The notes below the pieces were generated by a model. That model saw nothing but the letters and a program-made list of their open reading frames with translations. It had not been told where the DNA came from and made no database searches. The position numbers and the translations under genes were made by a program. Shown piece by piece: positions 40,452 through 49,705 of a stretch of DNA of 56,113 nt. This stretch comes from a virus (taxonomy: Duplodnaviria; Heunggongvirae; Uroviricota; Caudoviricetes), in the IMG/VR virus record IMGVR_UViG_2923334124_000002; one strand, given 5' to 3'. The stretch's first letter is position 1. Each line of letters opens with the position of its first letter.

Positions 40452-41501
40452 TCAAACGATTAAACCCTGAACTTCCCTGACTGTCTGCTCAAAACGTCCG
40501 GTCTCCAGCTCAACGCCAATCGCACGACGCCCGAGCGCCAGTGCCGCTTTTACCGTTGAACCTGAGCCCATAAAAAAATCTGCAACCAGGTCACCCGGAC
40601 GACTGCTTGCGCTGATTATCTGCTGCAGCATTTCTGCCGGTTTTTCGCACGGATGTTTCCCGGGATAGAACTGCACCGGTTTATGTGTCCACACATCCGT
40701 GTACGGCACCTGCGCCGTCACACCAAAATACCGCCGCAGATGCTTATATTCACTCTGCAGCTCCACATACTGCCGGTTCAGTGACGTATACGTATCCACC
40801 AGCTGGTGGTGGGGCTTTTCCAGTTCACCGCGCTGATGTTTCTCTTCTGCCACCCGGGCAAACAGCGACTGTAATTTCAGATAATCGCTTTCGTTCGGTA
40901 GCTGCCACTGACTGGCACTGAACCAGTGCGACACCATGTTTTTCTTTCCTGTGGCATCTGCAATCTGTTTTGCCGTTATCCCCAGGGCCGCGCGCGCATC
41001 ACGAAAGTAAGAAATCAGCGGGGCCATCACATGCTGTTTCAGTGCACTGCCCTTCGCCGCATACCCGGCATCTTTCGGACGATACGGCCCCTGATAATGT
41101 TCCGCGAACAGAATGCGCTCTGTGGCGGGGAAATACGCCCGCAGGCTTTCCTTGTTGCATCCGTTCCAGCGTCCGGACGGCTTCGCCCAGATAATATGGT
41201 TCAGCACACTGAAGCGTTCACGCATCATGATTTCGATATCAGATGCCAGGCGATGACCACAGAACAGGTAAAGACTTCCGGCAGGTTTCAGCACCCGCCA
41301 GAACTGCGCCAGACACTGGTCCAGCCACTTCAGGTAATCATCGTCGCCCTTCCACTGGTTATCCCAGCCCTCAGGCTTCACTTTAAAGTACGGCGGGTCC
41401 GTGACTATCAGGTCAACAGAATTTTCGGGTAACGACCGGATAAATTCCAGGCAGTCGGCGTTGATTAACTCACAACTGGATATTTTTACAGTATTAGCCA
41501 T
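40452..41501 (-). CDS. DNA methyltransferase (N6-adenine/N4-cytosine class, DPPY motif), orphan
   Basis: 349 aa; VTDPPYF motif IV and C-terminal FxGSGST AdoMet motif; position between Q and tRNAs as in Stx phages. Confidence 0.85.
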   Translation of the reverse strand: MANTVKISSCELINADCLEFIRSLPENSVDLIVTDPPYFKVKPEGWDNQWKGDDDYLKWLDQCLAQFWRVLKPAGSLYLFCGHRLASDIEIMMRERFSVLNHIIWAKPSGRWNGCNKESLRAYFPATERILFAEHYQGPYRPKDAGYAAKGSALKQHVMAPLISYFRDARAALGITAKQIADATGKKNMVSHWFSASQWQLPNESDYLKLQSLFARVAEEKHQRGELEKPHHQLVDTYTSLNRQYVELQSEYKHLRRYFGVTAQVPYTDVWTHKPVQFYPGKHPCEKPAEMLQQIISASSRPGDLVADFFMGSGSTVKAALALGRRAIGVELETGRFEQTVREVQGLIV

Positions 41502-41652
41502 AGATCAATAAGCACTTCTCTGATAGGCTCATACCGCTTTTGCGCAAAGCAGATGGGCCTGAGGTTTGCTTGTGACCCCAACGCATGAGCAGATGGCTGG
41601 TGGGTGCCCCTAACACCCACCAGCCGCCCATTTACCACAAATAAAAAAGCCT

Positions 41653-41850
41653 TCACTGCGGAAGGCGTCTGTAACAACCGAACTGATAGTCTGCCAGACC
41701 CGCCATAACCAGCTGGGTCAGTATTAACTGGCAGCGTTCGCGTGAAAGGTAAGTATTCTGCGCAATCTCCCCGGCTGTCGCCGGTTCGGTGACGCTTAAT
41801 TCATTAAACACCACTCTGGCGGTTTCTGTCATATCCTGCTGTTTCAGCAT
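41653..41850 (-). CDS. hypothetical small protein (65 aa) between Q and methyltransferase
   Basis: internal start MLKQQDMTE with SD AAGGGA; followed by hairpin terminator. Confidence 0.4.
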   Translation of the reverse strand: MLKQQDMTETARVVFNELSVTEPATAGEIAQNTYLSRERCQLILTQLVMAGLADYQFGCYRRLPQ

Positions 41851-42076
41851 GTCTTTTTCCCTTTTCCGGTTAACGTGACACACCAATAACTCTTGTCGAA
41901 AAAGCCAGCAAGCTGAAAGACAGGTATTCACCGCCACCAGCGCGTTTACTGTACTGACGCGATTTCAGTCATAAAAAACCCGCCAGGCGGCGGGGTGTAA
42001 AAAATCTTCTAACGTCAGGCATAAAACGCCCATCGTTAGAGCAAATTTACCACAGATTCGGGAAAAATCAACAACA

Positions 42077-42898
42077 CTATCGCGTTACCCTCTTTAACTG
42101 CCGCTCCGCCCATGCCTCTTCAATGTCAAACCGAACCACCAACGTATCGTAAAAGCGTTTCACTGATTTTTTCCACGTATCAAGCGTGATAGCACTCGTC
42201 ACTTTGCATATGGCATTAAATGCCTCCGTTGATGGTAGTCTTTCACAGCCACGACCACCACAACGCTGGCAGTCTCTGATAACAGGCATACCACGTTTTA
42301 CCGACTCTTCACGATGAATGGCGACACCACGCCCACGGCAGTCTTTACAGGCAGTGGAAATCTCCCCCTTCCCTTTACATTCAGGACAAGAAACTTTCAC
42401 CACCTCCCGAATTTTTTTCCATTCTTCCCAGTAAGACGGATACACACCTTTCGTACACTTTGCCCATACTGGCGGCTTGCCATCCGGATACTGAACCTTG
42501 TTTGTAAAAACTTCGCCTTCAATAAATTTTTCCCCTCGGCAACAGGGGCACTGCTTTTTACTCGCTGCGCTGCGGGCATAATCCTCAAAAGCGTACGAAG
42601 CCATAATGCGCATCACTACCGGTTTTATTTCTGCCGGAAGTTTTCTCAACGCCGCCACACGATCGCACCGACTGAGTGCATAATCTGCCAGTAATTCTGT
42701 TGCCCGCGCCCTGTCATTCATACTGATGCCCATTTTCCCCAGGAACGCAGAAAACCCCATCTCAGCCCGATTCTGTGTCATGCCCTGCGCGGCCATCACA
42801 TCAGTGATACTCAGCGCATCTTTCGACGTTGAGGCCGATGCATCAGTCAGGCCGGGGGATTTTGGGGAGTAGTATTTCGGTAAATCTTCCAGTTTCAT
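42077..42898 (-). CDS. Q: late-gene antiterminator Q (zinc-binding type)
   Basis: 273 aa with several CxxC pairs; located between rusA and the late/lysis region. Confidence 0.7.
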   Translation of the reverse strand: MKLEDLPKYYSPKSPGLTDASASTSKDALSITDVMAAQGMTQNRAEMGFSAFLGKMGISMNDRARATELLADYALSRCDRVAALRKLPAEIKPVVMRIMASYAFEDYARSAASKKQCPCCRGEKFIEGEVFTNKVQYPDGKPPVWAKCTKGVYPSYWEEWKKIREVVKVSCPECKGKGEISTACKDCRGRGVAIHREESVKRGMPVIRDCQRCGGRGCERLPSTEAFNAICKVTSAITLDTWKKSVKRFYDTLVVRFDIEEAWAERQLKRVTR

Positions 42899-43275
42899 TT
42901 TTTGACCTGCTCTTCATGCATTATGGGGTAAATCTTCACCCCCAGACGTCCACCAGATACTGGCTGACCACGAACGATATTGATTTCATCAAACTGCTCA
43001 TCGTCCATTAGCAACCCCGCATGCGTCAGCGCATCCAGCGGCGCTTTCAGAATATTGTCCAGATCACGGCGGCGCTTATCCGGTGGTTCTGCAATAATTT
43101 TTATTGCCAACCTTCCGGACAGGCTTAATTTCAGCCGCTGCTGGCGAACAATAAGCGCCACTGCCCGGCGATAACGCTCCCCGGCTTTTGATACAAAATA
43201 TGTGCTGCCACGACGACGCCAGTAAGTGTTCACCGTTGGCGGGTAAGGCAAAACAAATTCTATGCGTTCAGTCAT
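42895..43275 (-). CDS. rusA: Holliday junction resolvase RusA
   Basis: 126 aa; ...YPPTVNTYW...DLDNILKAPLDALTHAGLLMDD... RusA signature. Confidence 0.9.
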   Translation of the reverse strand: MTERIEFVLPYPPTVNTYWRRRGSTYFVSKAGERYRRAVALIVRQQRLKLSLSGRLAIKIIAEPPDKRRRDLDNILKAPLDALTHAGLLMDDEQFDEINIVRGQPVSGGRLGVKIYPIMHEEQVKK

Positions 43276-44331
43276 TTATGCTTTCCACTTCAGAACACCC
43301 GAATTTCTCGCGTGCATTAAAAAACGAATCAGCAACAACAGCTGGCTGCCGTGTTTTTCTTCAAAATCTTTTACCCCGGCGTGTAGTTCGCTATGGCATT
43401 TACGGCACAGCGGAATAACAAACAAATCATCAGCCTTTGTTCCCATCCCTCCCAGTCCATGACCAATGATGTGATGCGGATCATCTGCCTGATTGCCACA
43501 CGTCATGCATTTCTGCGTTTTTACCCAACGCGTGTATACAGGCATCTCTTCCCGTTGTGATTTCTGGCGCTGGAGATACTGAGCCGGTGACTCCGGATCA
43601 ACGGCAATGCTGACCACCGTCTTTTCCTGTGGCGGGTTTTGCTGGTGGGCGTGAGGCAGCGGCGCAAGATTTTTTGTGCGCTGCTTCAGTATGCTGGTGG
43701 CGGTCTGCTCTCCCGGTACGATGTCGCTTTCACGGTACATTGAGCGGATTTTTTCCGCACGCAACCCCAGCGAACGACGTAATACCGCTTCCGGTAGCGC
43801 GTCCGCCACCTGATTGCGGACCGCCCACCAGGATAATTCAGCCAGCGATAATTCCCGTTCCTGCGAGCCATTCATTGCATGGCGTATGACGTCAATCATC
43901 CATGCAAACAGGTTTTGGTGAGCAAGTTGCCCGAGTGATTCGGAGGTCTGGTCGCGCAGCTGGTTGTCGCAGTGCCAGCACAACACCATTGCGCCGGTAC
44001 CATAACGGTGAATGACGGTTTCACTGTGGTGATAATCGCCGTGTGGCCACTGGCAGGATTTAACATGGCGCAGTAACCAGTCAGACAATGCGCCAGCGCC
44101 ACCAGCAGCACGAATCACTCGTTCGTCGCTGAAAAATGGCAGTAATGATTTATCCTCCGCCAGCGGCTGGCGAACGGCAGGAACGACCCCGGACGGCAGA
44201 TTACGCATGCTTTTCGGTTCCGGCTCCACCAGTACCCGGGTATTGTGGAATACCGGCATGGATTCACGGCCCGGCTTAACGATCACCAGCCCGAGTTCCG
44301 GTACCAGAACAGGTCGAAGTAATACCCGCAC
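43276..44331 (-). CDS. DUF968-domain protein (YdfU-like)
   Basis: 351 aa; C-terminal Cys/His cluster CMTCGN...HHIIGHGLGG...CRKCH; synteny with rusA and Q as in Qin. Confidence 0.7.
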   Translation of the reverse strand: MRVLLRPVLVPELGLVIVKPGRESMPVFHNTRVLVEPEPKSMRNLPSGVVPAVRQPLAEDKSLLPFFSDERVIRAAGGAGALSDWLLRHVKSCQWPHGDYHHSETVIHRYGTGAMVLCWHCDNQLRDQTSESLGQLAHQNLFAWMIDVIRHAMNGSQERELSLAELSWWAVRNQVADALPEAVLRRSLGLRAEKIRSMYRESDIVPGEQTATSILKQRTKNLAPLPHAHQQNPPQEKTVVSIAVDPESPAQYLQRQKSQREEMPVYTRWVKTQKCMTCGNQADDPHHIIGHGLGGMGTKADDLFVIPLCRKCHSELHAGVKDFEEKHGSQLLLLIRFLMHARNSGVLKWKA

Positions 44332-44332
44332 G

Positions 44333-44605
44333 TTACCTCCAGATGCGTTGCTGGAATGTGCGGGACGGACGCGGTGGGCGTTCAGAGTAAGGAAGCCTGA
44401 CGGAGATTATCCAGTGACGATAATCGAGGCTGAGGGCTTTCTTAATCTCGTATCCGCGTCTGCGGTAGTTATGAATTAGCCATTCGGCCTGTTCTTCAGT
44501 ACATGGTGGGTGTTGGTACCAGTCGGTTTTAAATGCGTGTGAACGCCGCCCATGCCGGATGGCAAGGTCGGTATCAGAATTGTGAAATTTGGTTTTGTGC
44601 GCCAT
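44333..44605 (-). CDS. hypothetical protein (90 aa; occupies position of rem in Qin)
   Basis: ORF with overlapping stop/start to DUF968 gene. Confidence 0.4.
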   Translation of the reverse strand: MAHKTKFHNSDTDLAIRHGRRSHAFKTDWYQHPPCTEEQAEWLIHNYRRRGYEIKKALSLDYRHWIISVRLPYSERPPRPSRTFQQRIWR

Positions 44606-44772
44606 CTGTTTTCTCTGCTGGCGCAGCAGGTGTCAGGTGTTCAGGCTGACGTGCGAATTGTAAACCAGAATGCCAGAAAAAAACAAAACCCGCCGAACCG
44701 GGTTAAGTGCGGGTGCGTTGAGGATGCCTGACACATCAGAGGTGGCGAGGGATTTCTCCCCCGCCGGGTCTC

Positions 44773-44928
44773 TTACTCCTCAGGTTCGTAAGCTGTGAAG
44801 ACAGCGACCTCCGTCTGGCCGGTTCGGAGTCGTACCTCGCAGAGGTCTTTCCTCGTTACCAGTGCCGTCACTATGACGGTTAAACAGATGACGATCAGGG
44901 CGATTAACATCGCCTTTTGCTGCTTCAT
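44773..44928 (-). CDS. hok: Hok-family type I toxin (HokD/RelF-like)
   Basis: MKQQKAMLIALIVICLTVIVTALVTRKDLCEVRLRTGQTEVAVFTAYEPEE is near-identical to remembered HokD. Confidence 0.85.
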   Translation of the reverse strand: MKQQKAMLIALIVICLTVIVTALVTRKDLCEVRLRTGQTEVAVFTAYEPEE

Positions 44929-45165
44929 AGCCTGCTTCCCCTTGCCTTTCGGCACGTAAGAGGCTAACCTACATTTGTGAGACATAGATTGGGCCTCAGA
45001 TTAATGTTAAGCGTCTTGCAGGACGCGAAATGTTAACTGGGGCTTTTCTCTATCTGCCTTTCAGTGTTCATGCCTGAGACAGATAGCCTCAAGCACCCGC
45101 AGCCATTCTACTTAACTCACGTCACCTCGCCAATATGAAATCAATCAGAAAGGTGATCCATAAAA

Positions 45166-45852
45166 TCACTCCTTCTCTTCTTTTCCGTAGTGGAGTTGGC
45201 CAATTTTGATAAGAGGGCGTCCCTGAGATTTGCGGTGTAGATTGGTATCGCGCAGAGAATACACACAGCCACAATATTCCTGCTGATAGAATTTTTCGCG
45301 CTTGCTGATTTCAATCATACGGGACGAGCCGCCCTGCTTGCGCCAGTTATAATCCCAGTACACCATACCCGGATAATGCGCAACAGCTCGCCGCCCACAC
45401 TCGTTAACCTGCTGCATATTTTTCCAGCGTGAAATGCCCAGTGAACTGCTGATCACACTGAAACCATTTTCAGCAGCGTACAACGCTGTCCGCTCAAAAC
45501 GCATGTCAAAACACATGGTACAACGGATCCCCCTCTCAGGCTCCCATTCCATTCCTTTGGCACGTTCAAACCAGTTGTCGGTGTCGTAATCAGCATCGAT
45601 AAACGGCACGCCGTGTTGTTCAGCAAAGCGAATATTTTCATCCTTACGAATTAAATACTCTTTCTGAGGATGAATGTTCGGGTTGTAGAAAAAGATGGTG
45701 TAGTCGATTCCCGAGGCCTGAAGCGCCTCCATCACTTCACCGGAACATGGAGCACAGCAAGAGTGCAGTAGTAGTTTGTTTGCCCCGTTTGGGAGCTCCA
45801 ATTTAGGCCGTTTGAAATCAGCAATAGTCATAAATATTTTTATTGGGGTCAT
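45166..45852 (-). CDS. queH: DUF208 / epoxyqueuosine reductase QueH-like protein
   Basis: 228 aa; [39 protein letters not shown] motifs match remembered DUF208/QueH signature. Confidence 0.7.
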   Translation of the reverse strand: MTPIKIFMTIADFKRPKLELPNGANKLLLHSCCAPCSGEVMEALQASGIDYTIFFYNPNIHPQKEYLIRKDENIRFAEQHGVPFIDADYDTDNWFERAKGMEWEPERGIRCTMCFDMRFERTALYAAENGFSVISSSLGISRWKNMQQVNECGRRAVAHYPGMVYWDYNWRKQGGSSRMIEISKREKFYQQEYCGCVYSLRDTNLHRKSQGRPLIKIGQLHYGKEEKE

Positions 45853-46005
45853 GAAAATAGCACAGAGTGTAGCATCAGAGCAGGGCTATCGGGAATATAT
45901 GTCTAAATCTGGTAATATCTGGTTTTGACGCAAAGCGGACAACCACGCTGGCTCTACCCTGCGCCATGAAAATGTCAATTCACATCTGAACTAATGCTCT
46001 TTAAT

Positions 46006-46446
46006 CTAGTAACGTCTAAAATACCTAACATTTCCTTGATAAAATGCCAGTACACGCTGCATAGCTTCGCTCTTCCGGCACTCGCGACAGATTATATTCA
46101 GGCGCCTGTCGTAGCGGCGTATTTCGCCGTCTGGTAACGACCAGATAAGGTCCGGATCAACCACTGCAGGTTTCTTCACCTTTGCCCTTGAGAGTTTTTT
46201 GCGAGCATTTTGCCAGTCCTTACGCGCCTGTTCAGACGGGAATAACCCGTAACCAGAGTTGTATACATCGCCACTGGCAACCAGCTCTCTGGCGAGAACA
46301 CTCATCAGATATCTTGTCGCACCTGTCTTGGCTTCCAGTTGCCGCAACGTCTCGCGACCGCTCAGACGTACAAGTTCAACAACCTGCCCTTTAATTTTTT
46401 CCCGCTCTTCTTGTGTAAATACTTTTGCCATAAGCGCCTCCGGCAA
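46006..46446 (-). CDS. hypothetical protein (146 aa), basic C-terminus with CxxC
   Basis: ORF; stop/start abuts upstream gene. Confidence 0.45.
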   Translation of the reverse strand: MPEALMAKVFTQEEREKIKGQVVELVRLSGRETLRQLEAKTGATRYLMSVLARELVASGDVYNSGYGLFPSEQARKDWQNARKKLSRAKVKKPAVVDPDLIWSLPDGEIRRYDRRLNIICRECRKSEAMQRVLAFYQGNVRYFRRY

Positions 46447-47217
46447 TCACTTTTCCGATACAACACGGCGGGAAGAATCAGTAATCTGTCGAACAATATC
46501 CCGGTGCTTGTTCAGCTCCCGCAGCGCGGCGCAGACTCGCTCCCACTTCTGAACATCACTTTTCGCCCTGCGCAGCGCCAGGTTTGCCCTGCGAAGGGAC
46601 GGAAAAATCAGCTCATCTGCTTGCGTTTCGGTAAACGATGGCAACGGCTGCACAATGTCCGCCACAGTTTCTGTTTTAATTTCTTCCTGTGTTGCGGCTT
46701 CCCGGACTGGTAACGCAGCACCTGCTGGCTGAGGAAAGGCCTTACCATCACTTTCCGTTACCAGCGCGGCTTTCGGCTCTGCTGGTAAATTATCGCCCGG
46801 CATGCAGTAACGAAATTTACCGTTCTGATTAACGCGTGCCAGCCGCCCCGTTGCGGTTACCACCGCCAGCGTGGAAGCAACCTTGCGAGTACTGACACCG
46901 AACTTACCCGCCAGTTCCTCACACGTTTTAGCCCCATCCTGACCGATAAACTCAATCATCATGTCTGCGGTAACTTTTTGTTCGACCTCCCCGGTCAGCA
47001 TATCCTGTGCTTCAGATTTTACTGGCCGCTCTTCGGTTACCCGGGATTCACCTTCGCCAGCCAGAAACCAGGTGTGACCAGTTTTATCAACGACGCCTTT
47101 TCTTTTGAGTTCCCACAGCTCGTTGACAGCCTCTTCACGACTGATTCCAAGGCGAGCTGCCACCACATGTGAAGAGGCTTTTTTCAGTGCTTTCAGTGCG
47201 TCAGATACGGTTTCCAT
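46447..47217 (-). CDS. hypothetical protein (256 aa) with two winged-helix-like segments
   Basis: ORF; two N-terminal HTH-like stretches (AARLGISREEAVNELWELKRKG; GKFGVSTRKVASTL). Confidence 0.45.
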   Translation of the reverse strand: METVSDALKALKKASSHVVAARLGISREEAVNELWELKRKGVVDKTGHTWFLAGEGESRVTEERPVKSEAQDMLTGEVEQKVTADMMIEFIGQDGAKTCEELAGKFGVSTRKVASTLAVVTATGRLARVNQNGKFRYCMPGDNLPAEPKAALVTESDGKAFPQPAGAALPVREAATQEEIKTETVADIVQPLPSFTETQADELIFPSLRRANLALRRAKSDVQKWERVCAALRELNKHRDIVRQITDSSRRVVSEK

Positions 47218-47238
47218 TAAAATTTCCTCCGGACAAAA

Positions 47239-47985
47239 TTACTTCACAACCCTCATATTGCTGACATTTGGACGCCAGCTATCCCAGTTAAACGTCACCC
47301 ATCGACCACCGTTCATGGTCATGCGGTCCATAATCCTCTCACCAAGAAGCGTACTCATTGCGGCATGATTCAGGTTTGTTAACATCCCGACACTGCACAG
47401 TGATGCTGTCCGGCGATCAATTATCTGGTGCAATACCACCTGCTCGTTTTTCGTCTCCCGCTGAACGCCTATTTCATCCAGGACCAGCAAATCAACCCCG
47501 CAAAGCTCCTGTAAAAATTTTTCCCCGGATTTGCCGTTGTCGTAGCTGTCATGCAACACGCTCATGACGTCAGACACGGTGACGATAATCACGCTGCGCC
47601 CCTTCACCATCAGCCGGTTGCCCATCGCCGCTGCAAGGTGATTTTTCCCGGTGCCGGTTTTACCGCTGAACACAAAATTCGTGCACCCGGTCATCAGTTC
47701 GTCAGCTATGGATTTGGCCTGGCTCAGCGCGTATTTTTGCCCGTCGTTCTGCACCTGATAATTTGCAAACGAGCATTTGCTGTGCAGAGGCTGGATGCCC
47801 GAACGATTCAGGATTTTTTCCACCCGCAACTGGCGATTCTGGCGGTTAATCTCCTCGCTGCGTTTTCGTCCTTCAGCAAGTTGCCATTCCCGCCACTCCT
47901 CCACCGTCCGGTACGGTGGAACCGACCCCTGTGGTGCAAGTCTGCGAATACGTTCAAGAACCCCAACTGCCGCAATGTTTTTCAT
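47239..47985 (-). CDS. DnaC-like replicative helicase loader (P-equivalent)
   Basis: 248 aa; Walker A GKTGTGKNHLAAA and Walker B LLVLDEIG. Confidence 0.85.
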   Translation of the reverse strand: MKNIAAVGVLERIRRLAPQGSVPPYRTVEEWREWQLAEGRKRSEEINRQNRQLRVEKILNRSGIQPLHSKCSFANYQVQNDGQKYALSQAKSIADELMTGCTNFVFSGKTGTGKNHLAAAMGNRLMVKGRSVIIVTVSDVMSVLHDSYDNGKSGEKFLQELCGVDLLVLDEIGVQRETKNEQVVLHQIIDRRTASLCSVGMLTNLNHAAMSTLLGERIMDRMTMNGGRWVTFNWDSWRPNVSNMRVVK

Positions 47986-47991
47986 GACACG

Positions 47992-48969
47992 TCACCCCCT
48001 GAATCCCGGCGGTATTTCAGTGTCCGGTTCAGAAATGTGATTCACGCAACGCTGCGCAGGCGAACGCCCCAGGCGGATAACCAGTTCATCCCATTTTTCC
48101 CGGAGTTTTGCCGGACTCATGATGTTTTTTACCCAGAACGAATCCCGCTGGAGACGCCCAAACATTTCACAAATTTGTCTGTGAGTTCTGCCATCCAGCA
48201 TCCGCATTGTGCGAACGTCATTGGCCCATGCTGTCCAGTTGGGTTCTTTCGGTCTAGTGATCTCGCCATCATAGCTGGCCGCCTGCTCGTAAAGACTCAC
48301 GATTCGTCCCCAGATCCACTGTGCGCACACCAAATCTTCCTGACTTCCCCACTGGCGTTTTTTCGCACTGAACACAACCGCGTCAGGGTGTCGGGTTAAA
48401 AAATCCTGTTCAGCCGTCTGCGGGTCCGGTTGCGAAGCGTCCGGACAAGAAGATCTTTTATCTGACGGATCAGGTTTTAATACTGACGGATCGGGGTCAA
48501 TCATCGGCCCCCTAATCGGCAGTTTTTTATCAACAGTTGATCCATCAAAATTTGACGGGTCAACCGTTGAGGGGTCAATATTTGACGGGTCAACTGTTAA
48601 CGGGTCATTTTTTGCCGGGCTAATTTTTCTTTTCGGTTTATATGACTCACGCGCCGCCGCCGCAGCTGCTTCGAGTTTTTCCACATTAAGCCGATAGATA
48701 TTGCTTACATTACGCCCACCGACCTTACGCTCTTCCTTCGTCAGCCAGCCCTCTTTCGCCAGTTCTGCAATAGCCGATTTCACTGTGGATTCACTTCTTG
48801 CACCGATCTGACGCCGGATAGTTTCAATGGCAGGCCATGACACGCCCTCGTCATTGCTGTAGTCTGCAAGACGGGCCATAACCGCCACCCTGGATAAGAT
48901 CATGCCGGTGAAGGCGCACCCTTCCCAGACAAGACCATGAAGCTTGCTGCTCATAAAACCCCCGAACAC
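47992..48969 (-). CDS. replication initiator (lambda O-like) containing the iteron-type origin
   Basis: 325 aa; N-terminal HTH; internal peptide repeats TVDPSNIDPSTVDPSNFDGSTVD encoded by DNA iterons. Confidence 0.75.
   Translation of the reverse strand: MFGGFMSSKLHGLVWEGCAFTGMILSRVAVMARLADYSNDEGVSWPAIETIRRQIGARSESTVKSAIAELAKEGWLTKEERKVGGRNVSNIYRLNVEKLEAAAAAARESYKPKRKISPAKNDPLTVDPSNIDPSTVDPSNFDGSTVDKKLPIRGPMIDPDPSVLKPDPSDKRSSCPDASQPDPQTAEQDFLTRHPDAVVFSAKKRQWGSQEDLVCAQWIWGRIVSLYEQAASYDGEITRPKEPNWTAWANDVRTMRMLDGRTHRQICEMFGRLQRDSFWVKNIMSPAKLREKWDELVIRLGRSPAQRCVNHISEPDTEIPPGFRG
48545..48612. repeat. ori iterons: four copies of about 17-bp TTGACGGGTCAA-like repeat followed by an AT-rich stretch
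   Basis: tttgacgggtcaacc gttgaggggtcaata tttgacgggtcaact gttaacgggtca read from sequence. Confidence 0.6.
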
Positions 48970-48976
48970 CGTGCTT

Positions 48977-49402
48977 TTAGTGCATCACCACAGCATTCCC
49001 TGCCGGGCCGCCGCGATTCATCTGGTCATACAAAACAACCGCTGACGCAACAAAATCATCGACATCCTTCACCAGCCGATCCCGCCGTTCGACGATCTCA
49101 CGGTAATATTCAGAACTGTGGCTGCGCATACGGGCCACCAGCAAAGGCGGCATCGCCTTTTCGATCGCCGGTAACAGAGCCTGCATTTTTTCAACAGCAT
49201 CAGGGGTGTCTTTATCCAGCCAACGGAAAATTTTCTGGGTATTACGGGCCAGGGCTTCCGGATGGCTGTCGTCATACAGTTCCGGGAACGTCATTCCCAG
49301 CTCGAAATACGCTTTGGTAATTTTCGCAGCCGGCACTTTTTCGCCGTCCGGATGCGCCCAGGCATTCATCGCCATGCGGATGTGTTCATGCTTGATTTTC
49401 AT
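48977..49402 (-). CDS. YdaT-like / CII-position early regulator
   Basis: 141 aa; immediately downstream of cro-like gene; family assignment by synteny only. Confidence 0.4.
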   Translation of the reverse strand: MKIKHEHIRMAMNAWAHPDGEKVPAAKITKAYFELGMTFPELYDDSHPEALARNTQKIFRWLDKDTPDAVEKMQALLPAIEKAMPPLLVARMRSHSSEYYREIVERRDRLVKDVDDFVASAVVLYDQMNRGGPAGNAVVMH

Positions 49403-49614
49403 GAATCATTCTTTCCTTCGTTCGAGGTGCTATCCTGCTTCTTGTAAAGTTCTGGGTTGTATTTCAATTCACCGTTAGTAATTTCATCCAGTTCCATTGC
49501 GCGAAGTTTGGGAATAACTGCTTTCCACCGCACAACAGCCACATGTGAAATTCCAAGAGCCTCAGCTACTAGTCGCTTTTTTTTGAAATAGCGCAGAACA
49601 TCATCTTTGAACAT
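49399..49614 (-). CDS. cro: Cro/DicC-like HTH repressor
   Basis: 71 aa; HTH KKKRLVAEALGISHVAVVRW; SD AGGAGAG; divergent from cI. Confidence 0.65.
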   Translation of the reverse strand: MFKDDVLRYFKKKRLVAEALGISHVAVVRWKAVIPKLRAMELDEITNGELKYNPELYKKQDSTSNEGKNDS

Positions 49615-49643
49615 AAAACTCTCCTGTTATTTCGAGCAGAAGG

Positions 49644-49705
49644 GTAACAATAGTTACATAACAATGTCAACCATAGCAACATCACTTGGTAGTAACATTG
49701 GTTAC
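49644..49705. promoter_or_regulatory. operator region OR: palindromes GTAACAATAGTTAC (49644..49657) and GTAACATTGGTTAC (49692..49705) between cro and cI
   Basis: two 14-bp GTAAC-N4-GTTAC palindromes; third copy GGTAACTCTTGTTACC downstream of cI. Confidence 0.5.
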
